A stretch of DNA of 64,000 bases, taken from Alphaproteobacteria bacterium (GTDB lineage: Bacteria; Pseudomonadota; Alphaproteobacteria; MPNO01; UBA830). The notes under the pieces were generated by a model. It had not been told where the DNA came from, made no database searches, and worked only from the letters and a program-made list of their open reading frames with translations. Both the position numbers and the translations under genes were made by a program. Location: the NCBI GenBank assembly GCA_965243135.1, contig OZ251539.1, forward strand, positions 5,344,001 through 5,408,000, in the 5' to 3' direction. Shown in pieces: positions 62,036-64,000 of the stretch (positions within the stretch are counted from its first letter, which is position 1; every line of letters starts with the position of its first letter).

Positions 62036-62344
62036 GTGACACGCGATCCCATCCACCCGGGCGAAACGCTGCGCGAGGACCTGGAGGCACTCGGGATGAG
62101 CGCGGCCGAGCTGGCTCGGCGGATTGAAGTTCCGGTGAACCGCATCACCGAAATCCTCAACGGTCGCCGCGCCGTTACCGGCGACACGGCGCTGCGCCTG
62201 GGGCGCTTCTTCGGGACATCGGGCGAGTTCTGGCTCAATCTTCAGAAGCTCTACGAACTGCGGCTCGCGGAGCGGAAGAACGGTGCGGAGATCGCCCGTC
62301 TGTCTTCGCTGGACGACGACGACCGTCTGCGCGCTTCAGGCTGA
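62036..62344 (+). CDS. higA: HigA (VapI) antitoxin
   Basis: IHPGETL, NRITEILNGRRAVTGDTALRL and FWLNLQ. Confidence 0.94.
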   Translation: MTRDPIHPGETLREDLEALGMSAAELARRIEVPVNRITEILNGRRAVTGDTALRLGRFFGTSGEFWLNLQKLYELRLAERKNGAEIARLSSLDDDDRLRASG

Positions 62345-62385
62345 GGCGCCCCGGACCGGAGGCGGAAACCGCGTCGGGCGGCCGC

Positions 62386-62874
62386 TCAATCTGTTTCCAC
62401 CGCCAGATCGCGCTCAATGCTGTCGCCGATACGTGCGGCGGAAGCCTTGACGGTATCGCGGGCGAGATGGGCGTAGCGCGCCGTAGTCTGAACCTGGGTA
62501 TGGCCGAGCAACTTCCCGATCATCGGTAGGCCCTCGCCGAGCGCCAGCGCGCGGGAGGCGAAGCTGCGACGGAGATCATGGATGCGCACGCTGTCGAGCC
62601 CGGCGCGCGACCGGATGCGCCGCCCAGGGATGTTGCAGGTCGCGGCGACCGCTGCGATACCGCACTTGTCAGATTTGTTGAATTTGCGAGCCAATTGCTC
62701 GGGTGAACGATTCGAACCGATGGCGAGAATGCGCTTGCGGTCGGGAGCGTTGATGATTCCGTCGATCCGGTCGGGATCTTCGCTCGGTTTGCCGTTCTCG
62801 AAGAGGAAACTCCCGTTCGGCGCTTCGTAGGGATAGTCGAGCGTGCGGGCGATCCGCTTCCTCTGTTCGTCCAT
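62386..62874 (-). pseudogene. Chimera: N-terminus of a GGCT-like hypothetical fused to a tyrosine integrase C-terminus
   Basis: YPY..ILAIGSNRSPEQLARKF, then RIHDLRRSFAS..LLGHTQVQTTARYAH. Confidence 0.8.
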
Positions 62875-63349
62875 TGTCGAATTCCCTGCTCAGGGCCGCC
62901 CGAACTACGGCCGATGCGCCAAAAGACTGCGGCCTGCCCGCCTCGAGTCGAGCATACGGGCGGGCGAGTCGCTGCAACCGCCCGCTACGCGCCAGGTCGG
63001 CAACTGCAGAATTCCGCCGCTCGCACTGCCACGACTCGGCGGGCAGGCCGACGAACGGCGTTCGAACTCGCTTGAGAGGCGTCGAACGTTCCGTTCCGCA
63101 CACGACTTCCGACAGGACCGAACTGGCCGAACGCGGTGACATGCGGTCGACGCCGCCCTGACTGCTCTTGCCATGCGTAGGGTTCCGGAAACGGCCCGCC
63201 GAGAAAACGCGAGGGCGGCTGAATTGTCGACGATATCGGGCGGCGGCTCTGATCCCTTGCGCCCGGCTGCGAACCTTCTTTCTGTCGCCGGAAGAGCGTA
63301 GTAGTTTCCCTCGTCCCGTTCGCGCCGCGGGGCCGGAAAGAAGGAGCCG

Positions 63350-63575
63350 ATGGCGAGAGACATCTACCAGGAGGTCACCGACACGATCCTGGCCCAGCTC
63401 GAAAAAGGCGTGCGCCCGTGGCAGCGGCCGTGGGAGACCGGCGTGGAGGCCGAGAAGCCGGCTCCGACCCTGCCCCTCCGCCACAACGGCGAACCCTACC
63501 GCGGCACCAACGTCGTTCTCCTCTGGTCCGCCGCCTCCGAGCGCGGCTACGACAAGCCCACGACCTACCGACGGG
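63350..63575 (+). pseudogene. ardC: ArdC (DUF1738) antirestriction/ssDNA-binding protein N-terminal fragment
   Basis: DIYQEVTDTILAQLEKGVRPWQRPW..YRGTNVVLLW..GY; homology is lost after about 75 aa. Confidence 0.85.
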
Positions 63576-64000
63576 CGCAGGTTTTCGTCCTCGTAGCCGA
63601 GGGCCAGAAGATGGCCGTGGCGCTGGCCTTGGTTGTCCGACGGATGCTGCCCTTGCTCGCTGATAGTCGGCGACGCCGGGTGCAAATCTGATATTGCCAA
63701 ATTGAAAAATCTATAAGGTGTTGATTTTTAAGGATTAACAAAGTTTGCGCGATAGCGCTTCAAGGCCAAAATCAGCGATTTCGTGACAAATCGCCGTTCC
63801 GGGCGCGGATTTTGTCACGATGGCGGGGGGGGGGGGGGGCGCGAAAAAAGGAATGCTCCAAGCCGCAAGATGCGGTAAAATGTTGGCATCAAACCACAAC
63901 ATCAGGAGCATTCCCATGCCAGCATTACAGCCTTCGGCCGGTTTGTCCATCGATTTCTCGAAGCTCCCCGCGGCGACTGCCGAGGCATTCCAGTCAGCCG

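Noticed and set aside
63825-63839. Poly-G tract (and poly-C near 61190-61201) as a phase-variation site
   Set aside because: Not within an identifiable gene or promoter, and homopolymer length is error-prone.

Overview
High-GC DNA (about two-thirds GC by eye), most likely alphaproteobacterial, inferred from a RepC replicase with a repABC-type ctRNA. Intact catabolic and transport modules alternate with eroded defence, toxin-antitoxin and IS fragments. The intact modules are: a CUT1 ABC importer with a CoxMSL-like molybdenum hydroxylase, XRE-cupin regulator, CocE/NonD hydrolase, isochorismatase and OYE; VOC, cupin and flavoprotein genes; an alkylsulfatase; and BCCT and TRAP transporters. One tRNA-Val(CAC) is present. 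A complete 2380-bp IS4-type element with IRs and an 8-bp TSD splits an ATPase-TOPRIM gene. From about 49.36 kb a RepC/ctRNA/large serine recombinase element abuts a 5'-truncated TRAP permease, followed by defence-like cargo. Most notable: (i) a 36-bp direct repeat flanking a 39-bp AT-rich insert inside a CDS, the geometry of an off-target CRISPR spacer integration; (ii) the repC-only integrative module; (iii) a 13-bp x 9.7 VNTR between the promoter and RBS of a TbpB-like surface lipoprotein; (iv) a DprA with three tandem 81-aa winged-helix units ending in a QxSLF motif; (v) apparent A-to-G biased decay of defence genes. Family calls come from recalled motifs, not database searches.
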